From contig NIVC01003888.1 of NCBI GenBank assembly GCA_002269645.1, forward strand, positions 1-27,937: DNA of 27,937 bases. The letters run 5' to 3'. The notes under the pieces were generated by a model that was not told the DNA's origin, did no database searches, and saw nothing but the letters and a program-made list of their open reading frames with translations. Position numbers and translations under genes: made by a program. Shown piece after piece: positions 10,600 to 23,078 of the stretch (positions are counted from its first letter, which is position 1; each line of letters begins with the position of its first letter). Source of the stretch: Macrostomum lignano (lineage: Eukaryota).

Positions 10600-10830
10600 G
10601 GCGTAACTGTAACTGACTGTGCGCTAAAGACAGTTTAATTAAGGAGTTGATTCAGTTGATAAATACAGAGTTCATTGTGCTGCTGGATTGCTGAGAAATT
10701 GCGTGGCACTGTGCGGAACTTGTGGAGCACACACTTGTTCCTTGTGCTGTTGGGTCTGGAAGAAAATTGATTGCCGCGTTTTATGATTTAGTTCCGTTTT
10801 TTCAAGCTATTTCAATTTCATTCTATCTTT

Positions 10831-12054
10831 CCCGCCCCCTTCATCCACTTCATTCCGCCCGCTCCATCCACTTCATTCCGCCTCCCCCCTTCATCCACTT
10901 CATTCCGCCCGCTCCATCCACTTCATTCCGCCTCCCCCCTTCATCCACTTCATTCCGCCCGCTCCATCCACTTCATTCCGCCCGCTCCATCCACTTCATT
11001 CCGCCTCCCCCCTTCATCCACTTCATTCTGCCTCCCCCCTTCATCCACTTCATTTCGCCCCCTTCATCCACTTCATTCCGCCTCCCCATTCATCCACTTC
11101 ATTCCGCCCCCTTCATCCACTTCATTCCGCCCCCTTCATCCACTTCATTCCGCCTCCCCCTTCATCCACTTCATTCCGCCTCCCCCTTCATCCACTTCAT
11201 TCCGCCCCCTTCATCCACTTCATTCCGCCCGCTCCATCCACTTCATTCCGCCTCCCCCCTTCATCCACTTCATTCCGCCCCCTTCATCCACTTCATTCCG
11301 CCCCCTTCATCCACTTCATTCCGCCCGCTCCATCCACTTCATTCCGCCTCCTCCCTCCATCCACTTCATTCCGCCTCCTCCCTCCATCCACTTCATTCCG
11401 CCTCCCCCCTTCATCCACTTCATTCCGCCTCCTCCCTTCATCCACTTCATTCCGCCTCCCCCATTCATCCACTTCATTCCACCCCCTTCATCCACTTCAT
11501 TCCGCCTCCCCCCTTCATCCACTTCATTCCGCCTCCTCCCTTCATCCACTTCATTCCGCCTCCCCCATTCATCCACTTCATTCCGCCCCCTTCATCCACT
11601 TCATTCCGCCTCCCCCCTTCATCCACTTCATTCCGCCTCCCCCATTCATCCACTTCATTCCGCCTCCCCCATTCATCCACTTCATTCCGCCTCCCCCATT
11701 CATCCACTTCATTCCGCCCCTTCATCCACTTCATTCCGCCTCCCCCCTTCATCCACTTCATTCCGCCTCCCCCCTTCATCCACTTCATTCCGCCTCCCCC
11801 ATTCATCCACTTCATTCCGCCCCCTTCATCCACTTCATTCCGCCTCCCCCCTTCATCCACTTCATTCCGCCTCCCCCCTTCATCCACTTCATTCCGCCTC
11901 CCCCCTTCACCCACTTCATTCCGCCTCCCCCCTCCATCCACTTCATTCCGCCCGCTCCATCCACTTCATTCCGCCTCCCCCCTTCATCCACTTCATTCCG
12001 CCTCCCCCCTTCATCCACTTCATTCCGCCTCCCCCCTTCATCCACTTCATTCCG
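10831..12054. repeat. ~26-bp pyrimidine-rich minisatellite (~47 units)
   Basis: Unit TTCATCCACTTCATTCCGCCTCCCCC with 23-27 bp length variants in the C-run. Confidence 0.97.
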
Positions 12055-12591
12055 TTCTTTAATCGAATTAACCTCGCTTCGCCTTCTTTCGATAGGTTTT
12101 ACTTAGAAACTTGTCATAAACAAATGCCCATACAAGCTTTTCAAGACTCTAATTAACTATAAATTAGATAATTACTTGTATTTTAAGGGAGTCCAGAGGA
12201 TTACGGCTTGTTTGATGCAGATTAATTTTGAAGCAACGGGGGTAGGCACGAGTGACAAGGAATGATAAGGTTAATTGAATCATCACTCCAGGTTTTGACA
12301 ACAAGATGAAAAATCAATCTGAATCCAATTCGGCCGATGATAGAAAATATGAATGCTTGCCTTCTACAAGGGGTGATACAGGTGATGTTGAACTATACTG
12401 GTGCCTATGAAGGATTTAAGAACACTCTGGTCTCTTATTCCGTGTTGAATGTGTTTGGGGGTGAAGCTCAATTGTTTAAAGCTGCGACGTGACAGTGACT
12501 GAACTGTCCATACATGCGCAACACCCGGCCGGCTGACGAGGGGCCCAGCTTTAGTAAGACGTGAAAATGCCCATTCAAACGAATTCAGACA

Positions 12592-12660
12592 CACTACTTA
12601 GATGACGAGGCATTTTGACCCTAGTAATACAGTCAGTTACTCCTGCCGTTTACCCCAAAG
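12592..12660 (-). repeat. 28S rRNA-derived fragment (helix 69-71 region), copy 2
   Basis: Minus strand GGGTAAACGGCAGGAGTAACT (20/21 to 28S) and AAATGCCTCGTCATCTAAGTAGTG (23/24 to 28S) flank a diverged middle. Confidence 0.8.
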
Positions 12661-13780
12661 GAGCCGGCGGAATGGGCAGATCTTGCAGGGACAATGTCGC
12701 CGAAGAAGGCGTTGCGCCAGAGTGAGGCCCTAAGTTCTGCTTGATCTTATCAGTAGGTGGAGAGAGTAGGTGAAAATGTAATTACAATGTGACAAACCGA
12801 TCATTTATGTTCTAATGGATTGTAGGGCTACTTTGGTTAAATAGCAAGCTGGGATTATTAGCATGCAGTGCAGCGGAATGAGAAACAGCTGAAGATAATA
12901 TTATAATTTATAATATAGCATTTTGCAGCCCTTTAAGTTGCGAACGTTTCAACGTACTGTACTGACTGACACACGTACTGCATGCTTTAAAAGCGATTTC
13001 GTGCTTCGAAAGATCAGAAAAGCATTGTACACCACACTTATATTAAAGTTAAACATTTACAGTGTAGGCTACCTGCAGTTCTTCCTGTGCATTTCTTGTG
13101 AAAAAAAAGTATTAAAAAACTTTCCTGACTTTCAAGCTCGCGCTGCAATGAAGGCGGAACAAACTGCTCAACTTTTCTATATACAGTGGCTATATAGAAA
13201 AGTATATATAATATCTATATACACATCCACAGTGGCTTCCAGTAAGAATACCGTTTCTTGGCCAGCCTTCACCCTCCTGTGCATGTTTAATCTGCGTTGG
13301 TGATCGAAATTAGATTCTTTCACCCGCGGCGGCCACCTATAGGCTATAAGAACTAAATTTTTCATTTCTGTTTCCCTCTGGTTGCTAAGTGTGAGTCAAA
13401 ATATACTGAACGAAAAGTTTCGTTTAGTAGTATGATCTTCTTTCTATGAGATATTTTTTCAGTATTATTATTTTATTTTTGAGTCCTATTTATTATTTTA
13501 GTATTTTAATTTAGTATTAATTATTTTATCTTCACCTATTTTGGTTTCCATATTCATATTTAATGATTGTCTATTTATTGTAGCATTGAATATCTTGCAC
13601 ATTAACTTTAAAATTAAAACATTCTTTATGTAACGTATAGATAATGAAGTGCCGGTAAAAACGGGATTTGAACGATATAGCTAGTCGAAACTTTAAAAAA
13701 TTAGATTATTTATTGATGTAGGAACATCCTGCCCCCCCCCCCCTAATTTTTGTGCACTCCCCTTTTCTGTGATTCCCGCG

Positions 13781-13929
13781 CCCCGCCCTCTTGCGTGTGA
13801 CAGTTTTATGACCCCCTATCTCCCAAAGCTTTCCCTGTCTGTTGCGTAATCCCAATCATAAATCATTTTTCTCCGCTGCGCCTACCCCAATTTCGCGTCC
13901 AATCACAGCGCGGTTGGCGGGTGACGTCA
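13781..13929. promoter_or_regulatory. Promoter-like motif cluster (GC box, two CCAAT, CRE/ATF palindrome)
   Basis: CCCCGCCC 13781-13788, CCAAT 13887-13891 and 13899-13903, TGACGTCA 13922-13929 in a CpG-rich patch; no associated gene seen. Confidence 0.3.
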
Positions 13930-14896
13930 TCAGGGAGCTTGGTAACGGAGGTCAAGGACATGTTACGACCTTCAATATCACGCATCCGGCTCGCGTAAGA
14001 GACTGTCAAGGGGTCAAGAAACTTCGTCTGTTACATTATTACTCGTAATTTTTCTTAATGATGTTATAACTTTCCAGACCTAAAAATTTGGCGAATTCTC
14101 GTGTCGATCGCTTTGATCAGTAAAAAATTCGCTTTGAAGTCCGCACGAACTCAGATAGTTGAAAATTAGATTCGTTTAGTCATAAAATATTATCTAGATC
14201 AGGCTTCTCAGTCGATTTAGCCAATAATATTTTTTCTTCGACAACCTTCCAAAGATTAGACGATAATTAATGCCGTCAATTGTTCATTGCTAATATCGAT
14301 CGATTGTGAACTTACATGTACGCTCGTACATTGCTTGACAGATAAAGTTCCTCTCGTGGGACCCCGCGAGGGGTGTGTTTTTAACAAGCTGTGGAGCTAC
14401 ATGGGGTTATTTAAGGGCGATAAGTTGAACATGTATTTGGCAGGAGATCGAGACTGTGTTTATTCGAAAGTAAGAATAGAGAGAGTATAAAGGATTAGAT
14501 GATGGTGAATTAATAAAATGAAAAGGTGAGACGAAAGAGATGACGAGGTGTTAAGAGACAGATTATGAGTTACAGGTAACTTGAGAAGCTTGAGAATTGA
14601 GGCATATATGTCAGGTGCGAAGAATGAGGTGCTTAAAATTGGTATAAGCCACTGCGATAAGTAAACCGTACTCATATTTTCCTCCCTGATATTTTTGAGA
14701 CGCCAAAGCATCCCTGCTTTCTCGCCTCGCGTAGTGATCTAACTACGCAAAAATATAAACGCATAACTTGATGAGGCTTTTAGGAGCCTGAGTCGACTTG
14801 CTCCAACTTTCATTTGGTAGGGAAAAGTTTTGTAATTTCTGCTACATAGACATTTATACTCAGACATTATAGAATTATTGACCAAATATATAAATA

Positions 14897-15481
14897 TTGG
14901 AAATCATGACTTGAAAATCCATTAATTGGAAATCTATAGACTGGAAATCTACGGTTTGGAAATCTATGGACTGGAAATCTATGGATTGGAAATCTATGGA
15001 ATGGAAATCTACGGACTGGAAGTCTATGGACTGGAAATATATGGACTGGAAATCCATGGACTGAAAGTTTATGGACTGGAAATCTACGGATTGGAAATCT
15101 ATGGACTGGAAATCTACGGACTGGAAATCTACGGACTGGAAGTCTATGGACTGGAAATATATGGACTGGAAATCTACGGACTGAAAGTCTATGGACTGGA
15201 AATCTACGGATTGGAAGTCTATGGACTGGAAATCTACGGACTGGAAATCTACGGACTGGAAGTCTATGGACTGGAAATCTACGGACTGGAAGTCTATGGA
15301 CTGGAAATCTATGAATTAAAAATCTATGGACTGGAAATCTATGGAATGGAAATCTATGAACTGGAAATCTACGGACTGGAAGTCTATGGACTGGAAATCT
15401 ATGAATTAAAAATCTATGGACTGGAAATCTATGGAATGGAAATCTATGAACTGGAAATCTATGGAATGGAAATCTATGGAC
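14897..15481. repeat. 15-bp minisatellite (~39 units) with a 90-bp higher-order duplication
   Basis: Unit CTGGAAATCTATGGA; 15271-15360 is repeated as 15361-15450. Confidence 0.97.
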
Positions 15482-16027
15482 ATTAAAAGTCATCAATTTG
15501 TGGAACCTGCAAAAATTCTCAAAAAAAGTATTGAGGTAATTAAAATAGGCAGCCAACACAACCAAACTTTCGCATCATTTATCTTGAGCAAAATTTGTCC
15601 AGCCAATCGCCGGTTTCGAGGTAATAGGCGCGAACTGAATAGTTTACTGGGTCTAAAAGAGATTTATTTTGCGAGCGCCATGCACGTAGCATAGAGGCAA
15701 CAGGAAAATAGCGTGAGCAACTGTGGCTAGTCGAGAACAAGGCCCTGGCTGGGGAGAAGTCCATAGAAATAAATCAATGCTGGATTGCGCTCCGAGGGAT
15801 CTCACTTGTTGCGAATCGCTTCTGCTCGCTCTTCTCTCGCAAGGCCCAGCAGAAAAGAAAGAAGAAAGTCTTGATCGGAGCCACTCCTCTACCTCTCTCG
15901 CTATTGCCCTGTTCCGATCTTCAAACCCCCTGAGCAGATCGTCATTCTGCCAGTCTTGCACTGCTATTACACTCCCCACTGTGTGCTTTATTGTCTGTAT
16001 GCAAACACGCTTCCATATGGGCTGCGG

Positions 16028-17102
<1,075 letters not shown>

Positions 17103-17487
17103 ACGGGAAGAGTCTCGTTCTAGGGATTTTAGCAGAACATTGTCCCTAGGCGCTACAGAGCTTCGGTTCGACGTATTCCCGGCTCGGCTGCTGATAAATA
17201 ATTCAGAAAGCCAGTGGACTGTCTGCATTACAAAGGAATGTCAATGTGGCGTTCAAAAGGTGTTCTCTTGGTCTGACTACTTACAGTCCAAAATTGACTG
17301 AATTAACACTGAAAATCCTATTTGTGGATTCTTTAATTTATCCCTTAATTATCAACTATCTATGAAGAATTGGTTCATTTTAGTGTGTGAATTATAATGT
17401 CTGCTCTCACGATTTAATGCTGACATTGACTGAAGAAAAATTTTAAGCGCTCTGTTTATGCATAGCTTTAGAGTACTATAGAAACAG

Positions 17488-17493
17488 TTTATT
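17488..17493 (-). terminator. Candidate poly(A) signal of the GPCR gene
   Basis: AATAAA on - about 85 nt after the stop codon. Confidence 0.5.
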
Positions 17494-17578
17494 TTATCAG
17501 GTTTACAAACAAGGAACGCTTATTTTCGGACATAGTTGCGCAATGAGTGCTTGAATTTGATTTTTTCTGCACAGTCTG

Positions 17579-19195
17579 TCACTGCTGCTCGCTGAAAGCA
17601 AAGTTGCAGACATAGATCGGTGACGGAGGCGGCTGCGGCTCCAGGGGTGACTGCTGCTGCGAACTCGCTGATGCTGGCAGCTGCTGGTAGCTGGACAGCC
17701 GGCCAGCGGCCTGACTGCAGCGAGCCCGGAGTGGCGACCGGAGCAGCTCGCCAGCTTCCACGCCGAATTGGTCCGCATTCGGCGACGCAATGGTGATGCC
17801 GCCAGACATCCCGCTGCGATGCCTCGGACGCAGTGGGAGCAGACGCAGTTGCTTCTGGCGACGTTCCAGACGTTGCCTGTCAAGATTTGGTCGGCCATTG
17901 TGGTGCCATTGCGAGCCGGCAGTCATCACAGCTGTATTCGCCGCCCCTCTGTCTGAATCGCCTCCAACACCTCGACGGCAGCTTCTGTAGCATCTTCGAC
18001 AGCGTCGCCGACATCGAGGGCAGTTCAACAGTTTGATGAAAGCTCGGCGAAAGTCGCGCATCGAGTGGGCGTAGATGCCCGGGTTGATGGAGCTGTTGAT
18101 GTAGCCAAGCCATGTCACTATGGTCATCACCTTGGCCGCGTGGTCTCCCAGTGCTTCGCTGTTGATCGCCAGCACAATGTTGCAGATGAAGAACGGCAGC
18201 CAGCAGGCGATGAAGATGCCCATCACGATGCCGAGTGTTTTCGCTGCTCTCTGCTCCCGGGAGAACCTGGCCAGCTTCTTGCGGACTCCGAGGCTGCGAA
18301 ACCGACGCGCAATGCCGCCAACTGTGCTTGTCGGCTGTTGCGACGGTCCCGCCGCCGTCTCCGACTGCGTCACCTCTTGACGTCCGCGATGAATTCGCAG
18401 CACCACTGTGCCGCCGCCGCCGCTGCCTCCGCTGCCGGGGCTGCGGCCGTTGCCAGCGGAGGTCGGCATGCCGTGGCAATGCAGCACTTTGGCGCCAGCC
18501 TGCCAGCTGCGAACCAGCTGAGTAGCCGTGCGGTAGATTTTGCAATAGACAAACACCATCACTAGTAGGGGGGCGTAGAATGAGACCAGGCTAGAGCAGA
18601 TCAAGTACACTGGATCGCCCGTGAAGCTGCAGACGTGACGCGGCGATGGTGGGCTAGTTGCCCGCCACCAAGCGATGGCAGGGAAACTGATGCAGCAGGA
18701 GCAGATCCAGACCGCTGACACCAGCAGCAGGCAGCGACGCTTAGTAACCCGGCTGGGATAACTAATGGGATTTTCTATCGCCCAGTAGCGCTCCACAGCT
18801 ATCATGCACAGGTTGAGGATGCTGGCTGTGGTGCTCAGTACATCGAACGCGTGCCAGAGGTCGCACCAGATCGGGCCGAACAGCCAGTGCTCCCTAGTGA
18901 CGTAGGAGATGACAGAGAACGGCATGACAACCAAGCCCATTAGTAGGTCGGCTAACGCCAAAGACACGATGAAATAATTAGTGATAGTTCGCAGGTAGTG
19001 CTCGCGGATGACGGCTAGAATGACTAGCGAGTTGCCGAACACGGTGACAGTAACGAACAGGCAGAGGAAACAGCCGATTAGTGCGTCAATAACTCGGATT
19101 TCTACAATTTCCGTTTCCTCAGGATTAGTGAAGTTATCGTTGGTTACGGCTAGCATTGTAGTGGTAGACAGCACTACTAGTTGGTGGCCGCTCAT
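17579..19195 (-). CDS. Dop1R2: Class A biogenic-amine GPCR, invertebrate-type dopamine receptor (Dop1R2/INDR-like), single coding exon, 538 aa
   Basis: Seven hydrophobic helices; TNYFIVSLALADLL (TM2), CDLWHAFDVLSTTASILNLC with TM3 Asp, ERY, ISFPAIAWWR, TM5 SSxxSFY, LRIHRG, AAKTLGIVMG, CWLPFF, WLGYINSSINPGIY. The WWR and LRIHRG motifs recall insect Dop1R2. Family certain; subtype likely. Confidence 0.93.
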   Translation of the reverse strand: MSGHQLVVLSTTTMLAVTNDNFTNPEETEIVEIRVIDALIGCFLCLFVTVTVFGNSLVILAVIREHYLRTITNYFIVSLALADLLMGLVVMPFSVISYVTREHWLFGPIWCDLWHAFDVLSTTASILNLCMIAVERYWAIENPISYPSRVTKRRCLLLVSAVWICSCCISFPAIAWWRATSPPSPRHVCSFTGDPVYLICSSLVSFYAPLLVMVFVYCKIYRTATQLVRSWQAGAKVLHCHGMPTSAGNGRSPGSGGSGGGGTVVLRIHRGRQEVTQSETAAGPSQQPTSTVGGIARRFRSLGVRKKLARFSREQRAAKTLGIVMGIFIACWLPFFICNIVLAINSEALGDHAAKVMTIVTWLGYINSSINPGIYAHSMRDFRRAFIKLLNCPRCRRRCRRCYRSCRRGVGGDSDRGAANTAVMTAGSQWHHNGRPNLDRQRLERRQKQLRLLPLRPRHRSGMSGGITIASPNADQFGVEAGELLRSPLRARCSQAAGRLSSYQQLPASASSQQQSPLEPQPPPSPIYVCNFAFSEQQ

Positions 19196-19344
19196 GTTGT
19201 CAAAAATGTTGGCTAGCTAAATTGACTGGAAATCTAGCTAGGGTCTTTCCGCTTTCCAATAACTTTCGCTTGCCCCGATGTTAAACCGAGGAGCGGACTT
19301 TTTTGGGTCTTAAATGATTCACGATTCGGCAAAATCCCAACCAG

Positions 19345-19381
19345 CCAATCAGAGACGCGCGTCACACTTGGCCTTGGCAAC
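19345..19381 (-). promoter_or_regulatory. CCAAT box and imperfect RFX X-box-like site upstream of the GPCR
   Basis: CCAAT 19345-19349; minus strand GTTGCCAAGGCCAAG 19381-19367 (good GTTGCC half-site, weak second half). Confidence 0.25.
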
Positions 19382-20839
19382 CAACAGGAGAACTTGCTGG
19401 CTAATTGAGCCTAGGAAAAGTGAGCGATCGGACACTGCAGGACAGCTAGCTGTGTTGAGTTTACTGCTTGACAGACTTGACAGATGATGCTGTGCACCGT
19501 GTGGTTTCACTTGTCACACCTGCCTCCGCCTGTGAGGGAAAGAGATCCAGAGATCTAACTGAAGCCGCGGGCAGATTGATGCCGGAGAACTAACAACTTG
19601 TAACCTAAGGTTTTTCTCCTTTATCCAGATTTATGCAGAAATCTGTGTGTATATCTTCTCTCAGGCAACGTGCAGTTTTTTTTCCGTTATAGCCAATAAT
19701 TTCTTTCCAAATGTTCTGATCCAGTTGCGTCTGCGTGGATCAAAGTAACTTTGACAGAATCTCGCCCACGCATAATCAGTTTATCCGCGTTTCGTTTTGT
19801 GTCTCTTTAACGAGACATCGCTGATTTTTTTAGCCGGCGAGTCTCCTAATTTGATATGCTATTTAAAATTCTTAGCACAGATTCTCGTGACGAAAGCAAC
19901 TCAAGAGGAGACTTTGCTGAAGCGTGGATGTGTCATCATGCAGATGCAACCAGATGGGACACAGTCTCTTCAAAGTTTGCCTGTCAATACGTGTCAAATT
20001 TTCAAACTGACGGCTACGCTCGCAAGCTATTGTAGAGGATTGTGTAGCCTTTTATTGACTGTAAAATACCTCCTGTTTAAACAGTGAAGCGCACAGTTTC
20101 ATCTGTGAGCCTAAGATAACCTCATGTTTTTGTAGCTAAATTCTGTTTCCATAGGGAGCAGTTAACGGGTAGTTTCAAGCCAAACTAATCTTGTCCCATA
20201 GCACCATATAGCAACGTAGCAATCAAAATCAAATCGTAAACGAAAAAACAAGGCAAAAGTAAAGAGTTCAGTAAGTGCTCAGTTTAAACAAAGGTTAGAA
20301 ATTTCCCCACATCGTGGAGAAAGAAAAAAGTGTAAGTAAAAATCAATTTGTAAATTTATATTTATCAGCAACAGATATCTGTTTGAGACGGAGTAAATCA
20401 TAACTCACGAACAGTAAAAACTGAAATTTTGTACTCTTTGACACAAGTTATCGTGTTAAAAAGTTTAAAAAACTCACTTTAACTTTTTTCAGGCTAAAAA
20501 GCGACTGATAAGTATCAAATAATTTAGCTTCGATTCTCTAACAGGGTTTCACACACATAAAATATGCCAAATTCGTTCATACAGTTAAAACAAAGTACAG
20601 GTGGTGTCATTTTCAGGAAAAGAAACATAAGTTTTAATCCTAACTAATTGATGCTGTTTTTAACATAATGCTTCAACTTGTTTTTAAACTTAACGACAAA
20701 AATTAGTCGCTAGAAACACCGGAACATTCTTAGAAATAATTTTTGCAATTAACTATATTATTTCGGAACAACACCTGCACTTTCAATCCCAGACATATGT
20801 TTCTGAAAAAAAGCATTTAAATTGTATTAGTATAAAGCC

Positions 20840-20845
20840 TTTAAT
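20840..20845 (-). terminator. Candidate poly(A) signal of DNAH10
   Basis: ATTAAA on - about 21 nt after the stop codon. Confidence 0.5.
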
Positions 20846-20866
20846 TGTCAATGGCTTTCTTTAGTT

Positions 20867-21159
20867 TTAGTCCGTGTTAAGAATGAGACAGACGCCCTGC
20901 AGCACCCAGTGGCTGGAGTGCTCAGAGGTTGCCAAATCGGCCTCAAACACCAGACCGACGCCCATTGCGTTGCGACGCTGCGAGGTGACGTACACTGGCG
21001 TCCGGAATGTATTCTGCAGCTTCAACCGGTGCGCCTCGATCGGGATGACCTTGAGCACTGGCAGCTGGGTGATCAACTGCTTTGGTCGTTGCTTGATCAG
21101 GTGACCGTTCTCAATATCCCAGTCAGCGCCCTCCAGGTACAAGCCAGAGACAAAGCAGC
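20867..21159 (-). CDS. DNAH10: Axonemal dynein heavy chain 10, terminal coding exon (intact)
   Basis: Acceptor TTTTTAG|GC; (G)CFVSGLYLEGADWD...IPIEAHRLKLQNTFRTPVY...RRNAMGVGLVFEADL...HWVLQGVCLILNTD* matches the DNAH10 C-terminus; phase 1 joins the previous exon. Confidence 0.95.
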
Positions 21160-21300
21160 CTAAAAAGGCGCCAAAAATGTTTCTAGCAAAATTGACACGG
21201 ACAAAGATGTTTGCTATTAATCTCCTTTTTCTAAAAGTAGCAAAGGACACAACAAAATAAAGCCCTCACAAATATAACAGGCATTGACTCTAAGTAAGTA

Positions 21301-21905
21301 AGCACCCGCAGATAGCAAGCATCCCCCAGAGAGCAAGCATCCCTAAATAGCAAGCATCCCTAAATAGCAAGCATCCCCCAGATAGCAAGCATCCCCCAGA
21401 TAGCAAGCATCCCTAAATAGCAAGCATCCCCCAGATAGCAAGCATCCCCCAGATAGCAAGCATCCCTAAATAGCAAGCATCCCCCAGATAGCAAGCATCC
21501 CCCCGATAGCAAGCACCCCCCAGATAGCAAGCATCCCTAAATAGAAAGCATCTCCCAGATAGCAAGCATCCCCCCGATAGCAAGCACCCCCCAGATAGCA
21601 AGCATCCCCCAGATAGCAAGCATCCCCCAGATAGCAAACATCCCCCAGATAGCAAACATCCCCCAGATAGCAAGCATCCCCCAGATAGCAAGCATCTCCC
21701 AGATAGCAAGCATCCCCCGATAGCAAGCACCCCCAGATAGCAAGCATCCCCAGATAGCAAGCATCCCCAGATAGCAAACATCCCCCAGATAGCAAGCATC
21801 CCCCAGATAGCAAGCATCCCTGGATAGAAAGAATCCTTAGATAGCTAGCACTCCCCTCAAAAAGCAAGTACCCCCCCCCCAGATATAGCTAGAATCCCCC
21901 CGATA
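21301..21905. repeat. 18-bp minisatellite in the last DNAH10 intron (~33 units)
   Basis: Unit CCCCCAGATAGCAAGCAT. Confidence 0.97.
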
Positions 21906-22080
21906 ACAAGCGCGCGGATACGTACGCAGTCATACGCACAGGCAACTACTCACACAGGAGTGTTACGGCGGCTCTATTAACTTTATTTATCGTTAAAAGC
22001 ATGTACACTTCACTGTGCTTTGGGGGTTGGCCGTCAATGGCGTTAATTGCACGAGCAGAGCCAAGCCCAGCTTCGAATTT
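21906..22080 (-). mobile_element. Partial (body-only) copy of the SINE at 23531-23911, opposite orientation
   Basis: Reverse complement of 23618-23790 aligns over ~175 bp at roughly 85% by eye. Confidence 0.8.
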
Positions 22081-23078
22081 GACCATCCAATTTTGCAATT
22101 TAAGAAATCAGTTTTTGTATCATTAGAAAATGATTCGATCAAATTTGCCGCTGACCCCACTATGGACGTCTCCGCCCGCAGAAACGAGCGATCAACCCCC
22201 ACCCCCCCATGAATCGCCCCCGCTAAAAAATCTATTGCTCAGCTGACGGTGTACTGTTCTAAAAAATATTAATTCGCTAATCTTCGCCATTTCCCAAATT
22301 GCTTCGCTGAAGCAGCAGCAGCAGCAGCAGGTCTTACAGAATAAAAAAACTGATGGAGAAAAGTGAAGGAAAGCGCGAGGCCAGAGGGATAAAACCCGAG
22401 AGAAACTTGGCTGTCATCAAGATGTACTTTTCTAAAGTGTCTGTCTCTGCCGCCTCGTCGGTGCCTGATGCTGATTGATAGAATTGATAAGAAATTATCA
22501 AGCAAGCCATCAAAATTGCTAAACCACTTGTTCTCGCTATAACGACTCAGTAGGGAAAAGAAGATAGATTTTTGTTATAAAAATGGTTTTGCTTCTTGGA
22601 AAATACCTCGTTTCATTTGATTTGTTTTAATAATCAGATTTGCTGGCAGAATTAATAAATTTTCAATTTGGATCTATCAAATTTTGAGATAATAACTGTC
22701 TATTGCTTTGTAAGAAAGAGAATGTTGAGATTCTATTATGACCATTTTTATCATTTCTGACTCCCCCATTCTATCTGCTATCCATCCTTCGACGGCGGCA
22801 CGCGACTGCCGTTTGAAAATCGACCAGATAATCCGACTCTTTCATGTCTGGACAAAACGTGTTCAAAGAAGCTTGGGATAAAGTAGCCCTTTGTTCGCAA
22901 AGTGTCTGTTCTTCAAAGAAATCTTTTAAGCTCTCTCTGTTTTTTGAGTCCCGACAGCCAGTGGCTAGTAAGTCTTTAACGCTTCGGTAAGTAATAAAAC
23001 TGGGAATTAAATTCCTTTCCGTGAAAAGCAGCTTAAATTTTAATTTAAAAGAGTGAAAAATTATTTTAATAAAGCAGA

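Noticed and set aside
10722-12062. 446-aa Pro/His/Phe-rich ORF and antisense MKWMKGGGG ORFs
   Set aside because: Products of a stop-poor pyrimidine minisatellite.
12329-12490. Short plus-strand ORF MIENMNACLLQGVIQVMLNY...
   Set aside because: About 51 aa, no recognisable homology or splice context.
14729-14748. GCGTAGT-GATCTA-ACTACGC hairpin followed by an A run (terminator- or Helitron-end-like)
   Set aside because: Only 7 bp of stem, no CTRR terminus at the expected distance, and bacterial terminators are irrelevant here.
15653-15979. 108-aa minus-strand ORF (AVQDWQNDDLLRGFEDRNRAIAREVEEWLR) with a donor-like CAA|GTGAGA
   Set aside because: Protein-like but no recognisable family, weak acceptor and no partner exons; left uncalled.
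17503-19220. Overlapping ORFs on both strands of the GPCR
   Set aside because: Shadow frames of a GC-rich coding exon.
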